A stretch of DNA of 54,392 nt from Octopus sinensis. Its lineage: Eukaryota. The notes under the pieces were generated by a model, which was not told where the DNA came from, ran no database searches, and saw only the letters and a list, made by a program, of their open reading frames with translations. The stretch lies in the NCBI RefSeq assembly GCF_006345805.1, contig NW_021833845.1:1-54392 (forward strand), in the 5' to 3' direction. This document shows positions 25,651-38,397 of the stretch, in pieces. The translations under genes were made by a program, and so were the position numbers. Positions within the stretch are counted from its first letter, which is position 1, and the number at the start of each line of letters is the position of its first letter.

Positions 25651-26691
25651 CCGCCGGTTATCTAAGTAGACACAGCCTGGGTTTGAAACGAATGGTACAC
25701 ATAGCTCGGACCCTAACAGATGCTACTACTCTGGGGCAGAGTAGACCAGGAGACAATAGTAGTTTAACGACGGTTCCACATTCTTCAAAACCCTGGAACT
25801 CCCGTACCAAGGCCCCAGTACTTGATGCAGGTTCAACTCTTATCCAGGACAATTTCACAGTCAAATAGAAGGCTGGAAATCACTTTGGTTTTGTAGAGCC
25901 GTGTTTAATTGTCTAACATTCTTCATGGTTTTGCTAATTTGTTAAATTATCACATTAAAGAAATTAGCAATTTTAATTTAGATCTTGTCACAATAAATAA
26001 ATTTCATCGCTAAAATTATGAAATTTCTCATTAAAGTTGTTTTGCTTTAATAAATAAATTCTATCGATAAATGCAGCGGCAATATTTGTTTCACATATGA
26101 AAGAGACGTGAATATTAAATTAAAATCCGAATTAAAAATATATATAACGACTATGATAAACAAAATAATTAAATATATCGATTTTAAGAGTGGAACTCGA
26201 AGTCGATAAAGCTATGAATATAGCGAGTAAAAGTTGGGTAAAAAATTCTTTCGAAAGAAAAGTTCGACTGCACTTGTGAGACACGAAACAAGATCTTCTA
26301 TGTACATGACAAATATTCTAGCATTGGACTGTAAGAATCCATCAGCTTTTTTTATTCGTTTTAGAAACTTTGTTCTTGCCACAGAGAAATATATTGTTTT
26401 CAACGGTGGAACTCAAAGTAGATAAAGCTATAAATAAGGGTGTGCAAATATCGAGCTAAAAAGAAACCTAAATTACCGTATGGAATGTGTTAAAATACCG
26501 TATTTTCAAACATTTATTGTTGCCTTCCGAATGCTCTTCAGTGTGGGGTAAAAAAGCATTTTTTAACCAGAAAAGTTTGTTGACATACAAATTGTGGTTG
26601 GCAATCCGTAAGTGTATGTACACGCTTTATTCAATATCATCCCCAACTGCCATGTAGCATAGTTACTTCATCAGAAGGAGTGGGAAAACAT

Positions 26692-26825
26692 GTGGTATCG
26701 CTTTAGAACATGGAATTTACAATTGAAACATAATTGCAGAGTTATTAGAGTAAACGTTTATTTACTCTAACAACTGTGCAATTATGTTAGAAATATATAA
26801 ATTCCATGCTCTGAAGTGATACCAC
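26692..26825. repeat. 134-bp imperfect palindrome (MITE/fold-back-like)
   Basis: Arms GTGGTATCRCTTYAGARCATGGAATTTA..ACATAATTGCASAGTTRTTAGAGTAAA around a 6-nt loop CGTTTA. Confidence 0.85.
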
Positions 26826-27569
26826 GGGGTTTTCCTGTTCATCCTTTCTAATATATATCTATCCGCTCAATGATGAACCACTTATAGCCACTCATTACAA
26901 GGCAGCCATAACACCAGTCTCAGTTCAGAGTCTTTTAGTGGTAAGCCAGCCTGGGCACTTATTGCAATACATACGCGACAGGCGACGTAATATATACGCG
27001 GCGGGCTTCCACACAGTTTCTGTCTACCAAATTCACTCACAAGGTATTGGTCGGCTCGGGACTGGAGTAGAAGACACATGTCCAAGGTGCTACATAGTGG
27101 GGCTGAACCTGAAACTATGCGGTCGCAAAGCGAGCTTCTTAACCGCATACCAATGCCTGTTTCTTTTGTTATTATTTTTTAAGATAGTAAGATAATTTGA
27201 GTAATATTTAGTTTCTATTTCTAGCATTAAATACAGCGCTGGAATGTTAAGAAAAAAAGAACGAGTTTTGCGCTTCTACTAAGGCCACGCCACCCCAACA
27301 ACAACAACAGCAACAACAGCAACAACAGCAGCAACAACAGCAACAACAACAAACAACAACAACAACAAAACTAAATATTCTCCTTTGGAAATTAGGAGGG
27401 GGTGTTTATCAAGGAAGAAAGAGTGATGGGGTTGAAAAGGGAGCAGGTTTCTCAATTGATTTGAGGGGAAAAGATGAAAGCAGAATTAATTTGATAGATG
27501 AGGGTGTGATGATTAATTGGTGATCGCGAGGTTGGGAATGGTTGTGGCGGTGTGGGATGAGAGGTGGGG

Positions 27570-28090
27570 GTTATGGAGTACTTAAGACAACTGGAAGAAG
27601 ACAGATAAGGGGAGAGAGAGAAAGGAGAAAAGGAAAGGCAAAGAAATAAGGAGTGAAGGGAAGAAGAAGAAGAAGGAGAAGAAGAAGAAGAAGAAGAAGA
27701 AGAAGAAGAAGAAGAAGAAGAGAGAGGAGTAAGAAGTGTAGAGATAGGAGACTTGAAAGGAAAGATTTATGGAATTGGAAAAAGTGGGGAGGCTGAAAAA
27801 GAGGAAGGAGGAGGTGGAAGAGGAGGAGTGGGAGGAGGAGGAGAGAAGAAGAAGAAGAAGAAGAAGAAGAAGAAGAAGAAGAAGAAGAAGAAGAAGAGGA
27901 AATGCAACGAGATAAGGAAAATATAAGAGAACAACACCAGAGGAGGAGAAGAGGATGAAGAAGAGGGGGAAGCGGGCGATTAAGAGTACTTTTTCCCTTG
28001 GTTTGAGCGATTTCTGCAGTCGACTTGTTATTAGCAAACACCAGAAGAGAATTGAGATAGAGAGAGAGAGAGAGAGGAGTGGGCAGAGGA
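27570..28090 (+). repeat. Purine-rich (GAA)n/(GGA)n/(GA)n tract
   Basis: Direct reading. Confidence 0.9.
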
Positions 28091-29099
28091 GTACATGAAG
28101 GAAAGTGATGAAGAGACGAAAAGAAAAAGGAAATGAAAGAAGGAACAGAGGAGAATGAAAGCTTGATCTAGAAACTGTTGCGCAACGAAGATTATGATAC
28201 TAATGGTATAATTAATTGACTGTAATTAATTAAGCACGCTACATTATAATCAGATTAATTATATTTTAACATTATTATTACATTAGTGATATTTATTGTT
28301 CTTAATTTGAAAAATAGATGAAGGGTTTCTCTATCTTACATCAAAAAGGTTTGAGTACATCTTGCAAAAAAACATGCCTATAAATGTTTCAAGTATTGCT
28401 ATTTTATGGAACCTGTCTCTATCTTTATTGGAAACCTATCGTCATTCTGAAACGACGTTACAGAAATTGTCGTTTACCATTCCCTTTGTTCCTGTTATAT
28501 ATAGAATTATTGACATATTCCTTAACTTCCATATTTTGAATTCAAATCTAAATCGGTATATATCGGTTTTTGCATTTGGTTTGTAACATTCCTGATGAGA
28601 ACTTGCAAGTTAGCGGTTCGGCAAAAGTGACCGATAGAATGAATATCAGACTTTAATAATTAAGTGCTTGAATTGATTTGTTTGTCTCAGCCCTCTAAGG
28701 CGGTGCCCCATCATGGCCGCAGTTCAATGGCTCGAACAAGTAAAAGATAAAAGATACCGGTCTTTACAAATTACAAAATCCTGATTTGATAGAGAGATAT
28801 TACAAATTTATTTGGGTTTATTCACAAACTGTACAGAAAGTGGCACATATTTTAAGTTTTGATGAAAGGAAAAATATTTTCTTATTGTCTAGAGTAACTG
28901 AAATAGTAATTATAATAACAATAATATTCTGTAGAAGCTGAGAAATGAAGCTGAGGAATTATGCCGACTTATTTTGTTATATATCAGGAATGTCATCATG
29001 TCAAAAATAAACACATGCACTGGATTTCTATTTCACTTCTTTTATCATTAATAGTCAATTGATTAAATGTGCACAAGCACTTCTCTATATAAACACCCA

Positions 29100-29414
29100 C
29101 GGAAGTGCCAAATGCAGAATTTATCAGGGTCAGTGAACATAATGTAGGCAACCTTAGAATCAAGAAGACCCTCCTTATTACGAAGCTGGGACTAACTCTG
29201 AAAAACAGATAGCAGTTACACAAAGTGAACTAGCAATTATAACAACACCAGACTGCTCATGTCACTATCATTTCCCACGTATCTAAGCAACGTCAGTCGG
29301 GATAAGGTTGGATTTTCAGGAAAAGAAGTCAACCGACTGATTTGGGCACTACCAACACAATCTGTAAGCGGAACAATAAAATTATGCAAGACTTTTATCC
29401 GTTTTAAAATGTGA
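29100..29414 (+). mobile_element. R4/Dong-like RLE LINE, extreme C-terminal fragment
   Basis: Ends LIWALPTQSVSGTIKLCKTFIRFKM*, resembling RLE-element C-termini of the QSISGTVKICKTF type; upstream sequence degraded. Confidence 0.5.
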
Positions 29415-29553
29415 CAATGTTTTCGTTATTGACACTGCAAAGATAGGGCTTTCTCTCTGTGTTAGAAACCGTCTCCTTTTGGGGGAAGAATTTAAATGAT
29501 TAAATACAGAAGCGACATACATTCGATGTAAGGTTTTTTCCTCGAATTTTATA

Positions 29554-29594
<41 letters not shown>

Positions 29595-29723
29595 CTCATT
29601 TTTGTTTATCGCTCGAAAATTGACCGTTATTTGTAAAGGACCTATCAAACAAGTCCATTTTTAAAGGTGTAGCGTTTATACTAGTCTTGATAGAATTGAC
29701 ATATCGGTTATATTCTAGCAAAA

Positions 29724-29757
29724 ACTGTCCGACGAACGGGAACGTGAAACTCAGAGT
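29724..29757 (+). ncRNA. Hammerhead-like motif essentially lacking stem III, inside a ~200-bp (TA)n-flanked element
   Basis: ACTGT CCGACGA ACG ggaa CGT GAAAC TC AGAGT; stem I ACT(G)T/AGAGT with one mismatch. Confidence 0.5.
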
Positions 29758-29803
29758 AACAGGTTTTGTTGAATTTTCTGCTGCTTTAAATAAAGTATAT
29801 ATA

Positions 29804-29839
<36 letters not shown>

Positions 29840-30123
29840 TGTATGTATGTATGTATGTATGTATGTATACATAATTTATACTTATGTTTATCATAAATTT
29901 CCACTGCATATGTTCTATATTCCATAAATGGCAGCACTGCTAAGTACGGTGGTTGGGTAACCACTGTACTGGAAGCTGACTGGATAATGATGACTTAAGT
30001 GGAATTCTAACTCATACAAGAGTACTTGCACATCTCACTTTATACACAATTATGTGTGTTTGTGTTTGTGTGTGTGCGTATATGTTTATATATACATATC
30101 CATATACATACATACATACAGAC

Positions 30124-30183
<60 letters not shown>

Positions 30184-30808
30184 GTGTAATAAATATAATA
30201 TATGCATACATACAAACATATATGTACGTACCTACATCTACATGTATATATACATGCATTCGTTTCGATTCGTCGCTTCGTTCCATTTCTCTTCCTTCCA
30301 GTATTGTTTTATATACGAGCACACAGAAATCGTATGCCCAATATGATAAATTATTTACGTCTGTCATTAGAGAGATGTTTCAGGTGAACGTTAACTAAAA
30401 TTATTTCATTTATCCATGACCAACAATGGTGTTTATTCAGTCCTACCTATTTCTTCCTCTCTTTCTTGCCTTCCCTCTCATCCCTTCCTCTCACTCTCTC
30501 TCCATCTCTTTCGTTCTTGCTTTCTGTCCATTCGTGTATCTGCTTCTAAACAACGTAACATTACTAGGAAAGAATGGAAGTTTTTGCTGGTCAATTGTGT
30601 TGTTGTTTTTCTTGTTTGTCTATTAGGTTTTTGCTCTTATTGGCATTTGCCAGGCAATATGGCTATTCGAGAATGTTCTAAAATACAAGACTTTAAATTA
30701 CCGTTAAATTCTAGGCGGTTGATCGGTGGTAATTGTCTGTAAAACAAGTAATGACTTTGTTCAGCGACAGCATTAACGTGTTTCATCTCTTCACCTCTCT
30801 CTCTCTCA

Positions 30809-30860
<52 letters not shown>

Positions 30861-30929
30861 TCTCTCTCTCTCTCACCACACACACACACACTCACTCTCT
30901 CTCTCTCTCTCACGCACACACTCACTCTC

Positions 30930-32092
<1,163 letters not shown>

Positions 32093-32745
32093 AAACAGTC
32101 AGAAGGAAGAGTAAGAACGGTTAGGCAGCTTTTTAATAATCACTACAACTGTTTCGATACATACGAATTCACGTATAGTTAAATTTAAAATTAAATTAAT
32201 TTAATGTAACGATTTACCAGTATAAGGAGACCTGTATGTATCTCCTTAGGCGATATTTAATTTCTGTTCCCGTAACTAAATCGAGATTTCCATGCTACAA
32301 CATCCATGGCTTCTTCTTTGAAACTAACAAACGCTGACGGCTTCAGTTCGCTCTGTATAAGTGTGTTATCACGTTCGACAGGAACAGCAATGTGCACGTT
32401 GTCTGTTTATTTATTTTGTTTCAACATGTTATTCTGCACATGCCAAACTATAATTACGTGTATGTATGATAGATGTAGGCACAGGCATGGTTGTGTCATT
32501 AAGAAACTCTCTTGACTCCAATGTGGTTTCAGGTCCCACAGTACTTCAGGCAAGTGTCTTCTACTATAGCCCGAGGCCACCCAATGCTTTGTGGGTGAAT
32601 TTGGTAGATGGAAACTGCGAGGAAGCCTGTGGCGCATATGTGTGTGTGCCTGGAAAGAGAAACTTCGACTAGCAACGTACATAGACTAAACCTTGAATAA
32701 ATAAATGAACATATATGTGTGTATTTGTGTATATATGTATATGTA

Positions 32746-32790
<45 letters not shown>

Positions 32791-33063
32791 TATATATATT
32801 ATATATATATATATATATATGTATATGTATACATATATATGTATATGTATATATGTATATATATGTATAATGTATATATGTATGTATGTGTATGTGTTTT
32901 AATGTATATTTTGTTGTATTTCGAGATGATCATAATAAAATAAGAACAGTAATAAAGGAGTGAATAAATGAAATATAGTGCGTATGTTTATTTGGCAAAA
33001 AAAATGGTCATCCCGAAATACAACAATATCGGTTTCAACACACGATTTCCCATTAGGAATCTT

Positions 33064-33140
<77 letters not shown>

Positions 33141-33654
33141 GTGATCTAATGCTCTTAGCTTAGACTTTTGGGGGGACAATCAGATCGAACCATCTCAAGT
33201 GTAACTGTCCGAAATAGTCATGACTTCTGGTACTTGACTGATGAAAGAAAGCCAAGAATGACCCGTCTTTTTTTTTTGCCTGTCCTTTTAATTTCTCTTG
33301 TCCGCCTTCGCATCGTCTATCTGTCCGAACGTTTTAATGCCCTCTATTGGTACTTATTTTATCGATCCGGAAAAGATGAAAGGCAAAGTCAACCCCAGCG
33401 AAATTTTGGATTCAGAGCACGAAGACGGACGAAGTGTTGCTAAGCATTTTGTCCATCACGCTGAAGATTCTGCAATTGCACTGCCTTCAACTTTTAAAAA
33501 ATTAATTAAAGTGGTTTCTTATTGATTTAATTTCAATTTTATTGAACGTTGTGAAATAGCTTGAAAATCGGTTGGTATTCGAATAAAAAGAATGTGAACT
33601 GCAATATTTTAATCTAATATGCGTGCTTGTAATCCGGTGATTCTAAAGTGTAAA

Positions 33655-33910
33655 TGAATAAATCATGTTTTCGCCTCGGTGGCGGCGGCGGCGGCAGCGG
33701 CGGTGGTGGTTTTCGTGGTGGCGGTGGCGGCGGCGGTGGTGGTGGTGGTGGTGGTGGTGGTGGTGGTGGTGGCCGTAGGGATGGTGGTAGTGGTTTAAGT
33801 GATAATGGCGTCGGTGTTTGTGGTGCTGGTGCTGGTTTACTTGGTGGTTGTGGTGGTAGTGGTGGTAGTGGTGGTAGGGTAGTGGTTTGTAGGGTAGTGG
33901 TAGTGGGGTG
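33655..33910 (+). repeat. (GGC/GGT)n array
   Basis: Direct reading; poly-Gly ORF artefact. Confidence 0.9.
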
Positions 33911-34289
33911 GGGTGCTACATTTGAAATTTTTGTTGTTTGGAGTGATGCGGTGGAGGCGATGGTGCTTGTTAGGTGTGTGTAGTCATAGTTAGCGGTGAA
34001 AACGGCGCCAACATTGTTCTCCGTTTCGTGCTTTTTAAATTTATCTATTTTTTATTATTATTCATTAAAGCGATTCCGTTATAAAATGAATAACTCTCAG
34101 ATTTCCCATGGAATTTCACGGGTCCAACTAGAAAATATTATTTTACGTTGACGCTGCTTCAAACCGGTATTTTTCAAGTTAAAAAAAGAAATTAACACAA
34201 AATAAAAAAAAAAGGGAACTCTGTTGGTTTATTAAATAATCCACTTGTAAGTAAAACGCAGAAATAATACCTGACTGCTCGCAATAAGT

Positions 34290-34712
34290 GTAGCAGTTTC
34301 AAATTTTGACCCAAGGTCAGCGAATTCAGGGACAGAGTATGTCGATTACATCGACCCCCAGTGCTCAACTGGTATCTATTTTATCGACTTCGAAAAGATG
34401 AAAGGCAAATTTGAATTCAGAACGTTAAAGCCGGATGAAATGCTGCTAAGCTTTTTTGTCCGGCTTGCTAACGGTTCTGCTAGCTCACCACCTTGCTCAT
34501 GATAAAGCTATCGGCTTCAAATTTTGCCACAAGGGCAGCAATTTTGTAGGAAGGAGCTAAGTCGATTACATCGATCCCAGTATTTGACTGGTACTTATTT
34601 TATCGACACCAAAAGTATAGAAGGCAAAGTCAACCTCAGTGAGGTTTGAACGCCGAGATAGCGCTAAGCATTTTGCCCGGTGTGTAACCATTCTGCCAGC
34701 TTGCCGCCTTAT
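34290..34712 (-). mobile_element. Two head-to-tail diverged SINE family B units
   Basis: Two rounds of GTCGATTACATCGA..CAGT..ACTGGTA..TTTTATCGAC..AAGGCAAA..GCTAAGC..GCTAAC..TCTGC..C ending in AGCTTGCCGCCTT. Confidence 0.78.
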
Positions 34713-35014
34713 TACTTACGATAGATATATTGAAATATTTTATCGCCTTCTCTGTAAATTCGGTTGTGTACTACAAATAACATTTTGCTTACCATAGGAG
34801 TCACCGGTGACTCGCCACGCTATGTTCTTAATAAACCATCGGGAGTCACTAATAATGACTCCCAAAGCTGTTTTTTATAGAGCCGCATATCACTCAGCTC
34901 CGAATCGCGTAATTCGAGTCTTGGGAAACATATAGAACACGTTCCTTCGTATTTCTCGGACGGTTTTTCAGTTAGAACCAATAGAAACTGAGATAGGACT
35001 GGGCAATAATAATA

Positions 35015-35200
35015 ATAACATCGAAAAATATCTTAGGAATGAGAACCCAGGAGGTTTGAAATTTTCCCCAAGACACCTGATGAAGGCTGGAGGGTATATC
35101 AGTCGAAACTTTGTGTTAACAACGAACAAGATGAGGACAAAATATCCGTCAAATGTAAATAACGTACATAATTCCTCGTCTCTTAAAATTAAGAACTGTA
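35015..35200 (+). mobile_element. Penelope pLTR-like short repeat containing a hammerhead motif
   Basis: Contains GACAC CTGATGA A GGCTG gagggtatat CAGTC GAAAC TTT GTGTT; abuts an inverted SINE A. Confidence 0.6.
35072..35117 (+). ncRNA. Type-I hammerhead-like motif
   Basis: Canonical CUGAUGA and GAAAC; stem II GGCTG/CAGTC; stem I GACAC/GTGTT; stem III position reads T where G is expected. Confidence 0.6.
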
Positions 35201-35203
35201 TTA

Positions 35204-35625
35204 TACTCTTTTACTCTTACTCTTTTACTTGTTTCAGTCATTTGACTGCGGCCATGCTGGAGCACCGCCTTTAGTCGAGCAACTCGACCCCGGGACTTAT
35301 TCTTTTTTTGTAAGCCCAGTACTTATTCTATCGTTCTCTTTTTGCCGAACCGCTAAGTGACGGGGACGTAAACACACCAGCATCGGTTGTCAAGCAATGC
35401 TAGGGGGACAAACACAGACACACAAACAAACACACATACATATATATATATATACATATATACGACAGGCTTCTTTCAGTTTCCGTCTACCAAATCCACT
35501 CACAAGGGTTTGGTCAGCCCGAGGCTATAGCAGAAGACACTTGCCCAAGGTACCACGCAGTGGGACTGAACCCGGAACCATGTGGTTGGTTAGCAAGCTA
35601 CTTACCACACAGCCACTCCTGCGCC
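35204..35625 (-). mobile_element. SINE family A, full-length, low divergence
   Basis: Reverse complement of GGCGCAGGAGTGGCTGTGTGGTAAG..GGTTCAGTCCCACTGCGTGG..(TA)n..TGACTGAAACAAGTAAAAGAGTAAGAGTAAAAGAGT. Confidence 0.92.
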
Positions 35626-35732
35626 TATCTAATATAATTTGAAATAAAATCAATTGAAAAGAAACAAATAAATGATAAAATGATAACTGGAGGTACAATG
35701 CACATTTTTACACTTTTTAACATGTGTATCGT

Positions 35733-35767
35733 CGGTACAGAACGAATATACTATTCGTTCTGTACCG
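35733..35767. other. Perfect 16-bp inverted repeat with a 3-nt loop
   Basis: CGGTACAGAACGAATA-TAC-TATTCGTTCTGTACCG. Confidence 0.92.
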
Positions 35768-35949
35768 CGGGTGTCACCGGTCATACTCAGACTATAAATC
35801 AATCTGGTAGTTTATATAGTGAACTAGAATATATGTATGGTTAAAAGTTTTGCTTTAAATGCATTATTTATCAGAAAATTAGACTGGAAGTGCAAAAGAA
35901 AATATGGCGGAAAATGGGCTTGATAGGCAAAGTGTTAATTGCATAAAAA

Positions 35950-36053
35950 ATGTTCAACCATCGAGGCAATGCAATTATCGAGGCAATGCAATGAAACAGT
36001 TCGGCAGCTGAATCCAACACTCTAGTGATTTTTGACTAATGACGACAGCGAAG

Positions 36054-36094
<41 letters not shown>

Positions 36095-36240
36095 CAGCTG
36101 CCGAACTGTTTCTTGTTCTTCTCCCTTTACTGGTGCTGTATTGTGTCCAACATGATGGACGAATCCATTTAACCCCACAGTGATGCTATAAAATATAATA
36201 ATCAATTCCGCATAATTGCATTGCCTCGATGGTTGAACAT
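35950..36240. repeat. Nested inverted repeats (outer 29 bp, inner 25 bp, both perfect)
   Basis: 35950-35978 is the reverse complement of 36212-36240; 35993-36017 is the reverse complement of 36088-36112. Confidence 0.92.
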
Positions 36241-36260
36241 ATATATATATATAATATATT

Positions 36261-36291
<31 letters not shown>

Positions 36292-37279
36292 TAATTAAAA
36301 TTAATTAATTAGACTAAAAATAATTACCCCATGAAAAAACGATATTACTCATTGTTTCATCTTTCCATTTTTACAATTACGATGAGCGGTCACTCTTATC
36401 TTATTCTGACCTCCTCGCCAGTAAAGCATAGTTTTTACTGCATACCTCACGTCGTGATTCTACACTGGTATGTATAAGGAAACAGCAGTTCAAGCATATA
36501 CAACTCAGAGACAACATCTAAAACAATAGCTAAGTTAGTATTTACATGCGTAATACAAAGAACATTAAAATTCTTGGAAATAACTACGCGGCGAGAAAAA
36601 ATATTTAGTCGATACCTATTATATTTCTATTTATTCGACAAGGGAGAGAATTCCGGAGAGGTTTCAAACGTTATATGATCTCATCAGCAAAATATATTCT
36701 TGCTGAAGTAGTGATGAGAGAATCAAGATGCAACACTTATTTAGTGTTAGAAAAAATACAAGTCTCTTATACAGGTTTGTTAAAGGTAAATCTTTGATGT
36801 ATTTCTCTGAAGTTCCCGTCTCCAATCGATAATTTCTTTCGATACAATGTTCCATGTTAAATCATTAATTAAGGAAGTCTATCTCCCACCTCTTTTAGCT
36901 TCATTTTTTTCTTTCCACAAACATTTATATATTTATGTATTTCTTTATATATTTCTTTATCTTATTTGTATAGTTCTTTCTTTTTCTTTTAGTTTTCTCG
37001 TTGATCCATCTTTCTTCCTTATTTATTTTCTTTTTCACACTCAATAATTCTGCAAAAAAGCATACAGTAGCATCTTCTTTAATCTGATGATCTCTCCAGA
37101 ATATCAGATCGTTAATCCATTGTGCGAATTTCAAAAGAAAAAATAACGCTAATGATACAATATTGCACAACATTATTATAGGAAAAACGTCCTTTAATAA
37201 AACAAAATTTAGCATTATGAATCAATATCGATAGAAATGGAAACAAAAATTGTCATAAAAATTGAAGGAAAATATACTC

Positions 37280-37334
<55 letters not shown>

Positions 37335-37593
37335 TGTATGTATGTATGTATGTATGAATGTATATGTTTATGTATATATATTTTTTTGAGTGCGTGCGTG
37401 CATGTGTGTGTGCTTGCGTGTGTGTGTGTGTGCTTGCGTGCGTGGGCGTGTGTTTGTGATGTGTACTAGAGCATGTGTTTGTGCACATGTGTTTATGTGT
37501 GCATATAGATATACACACACACACACACACACAACACATACGAGTGCGTGTGTATACGCAATATGCTTATCTTCAGATGTTATATATGCAACC

Positions 37594-37624
<31 letters not shown>

Positions 37625-37775
37625 GAGAGAGAGAAAGTAAGAAAAATGTTTCATTTTATATACGCATAGATTCATATATTCACGTATACGTAAATATGCA
37701 TGTACATATATACATATATGTGCGTGTGTTTGTGTGTCTGTGTAATATATGAATGTATATATGGTGTGTGTGGTG

Positions 37776-37806
<31 letters not shown>

Positions 37807-37814
37807 TGTGTGTG

Positions 37815-37850
<36 letters not shown>

Positions 37851-37983
37851 GTGTGTGTGTGTGCGTGTGTGTGCGTGTTTGTGTGTGTAAATAAGAAATA
37901 GTGGTACAAGACATGAATGTTTGGTGAAATGTATACTGGCAAAGTTGTATGCGCGCAGCGAACTTTCAGAATTTTCATCTTAC

Positions 37984-38160
37984 CTCTAGGGAGAACATCG
38001 GAAAAATGGACAACCTAGAATGGAAAATCTAGGACCCAAGTTTCGGATTTTATATATGTATGCGTGCATGCGTGCGTGCGTACGTGTGTGTACGTGTATT
38101 TGTGTTGTGTGTTAGATTATGCATTCTAGGTAGTCCATTTTTCCGATGTTCTTCCCAGAG
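37984..38160. repeat. Fold-back/MITE-like unit with ~45-bp inverted arms around a microsatellite core
   Basis: GGGAGAACATCGGAAAAATGGACAACCTAGAATGGAAAATCTA versus TAGATTATGCATTCTAGGTAGTCCATTTTTCCGATGTTCTTCCC. Confidence 0.82.
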
Positions 38161-38397
38161 ATAAGACGAAAATTTTTCAAGTGCGCTGCCCACATACATC
38201 TTTGCCAGTATACATTTCAGTGAAGCTTTACATAGCGTCGTATCGTTATCGACTGCTATTTCCAGCAAAAATTCGTGCCTTGTTGTAGCACTATCTATTA
38301 TTTATAATTCTACCTTTACTCTGTTTTATTTGGTTGGAAAGTGATAGTATTGTATTGCTATATTTAAAATGTTTATATATGTATGTGTATATATATA

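Noticed and set aside
28195-28300. Cluster of TAAT/TAATTA homeodomain-type sites
   Set aside because: Expected by chance in very AT-rich DNA; no conservation data are available.
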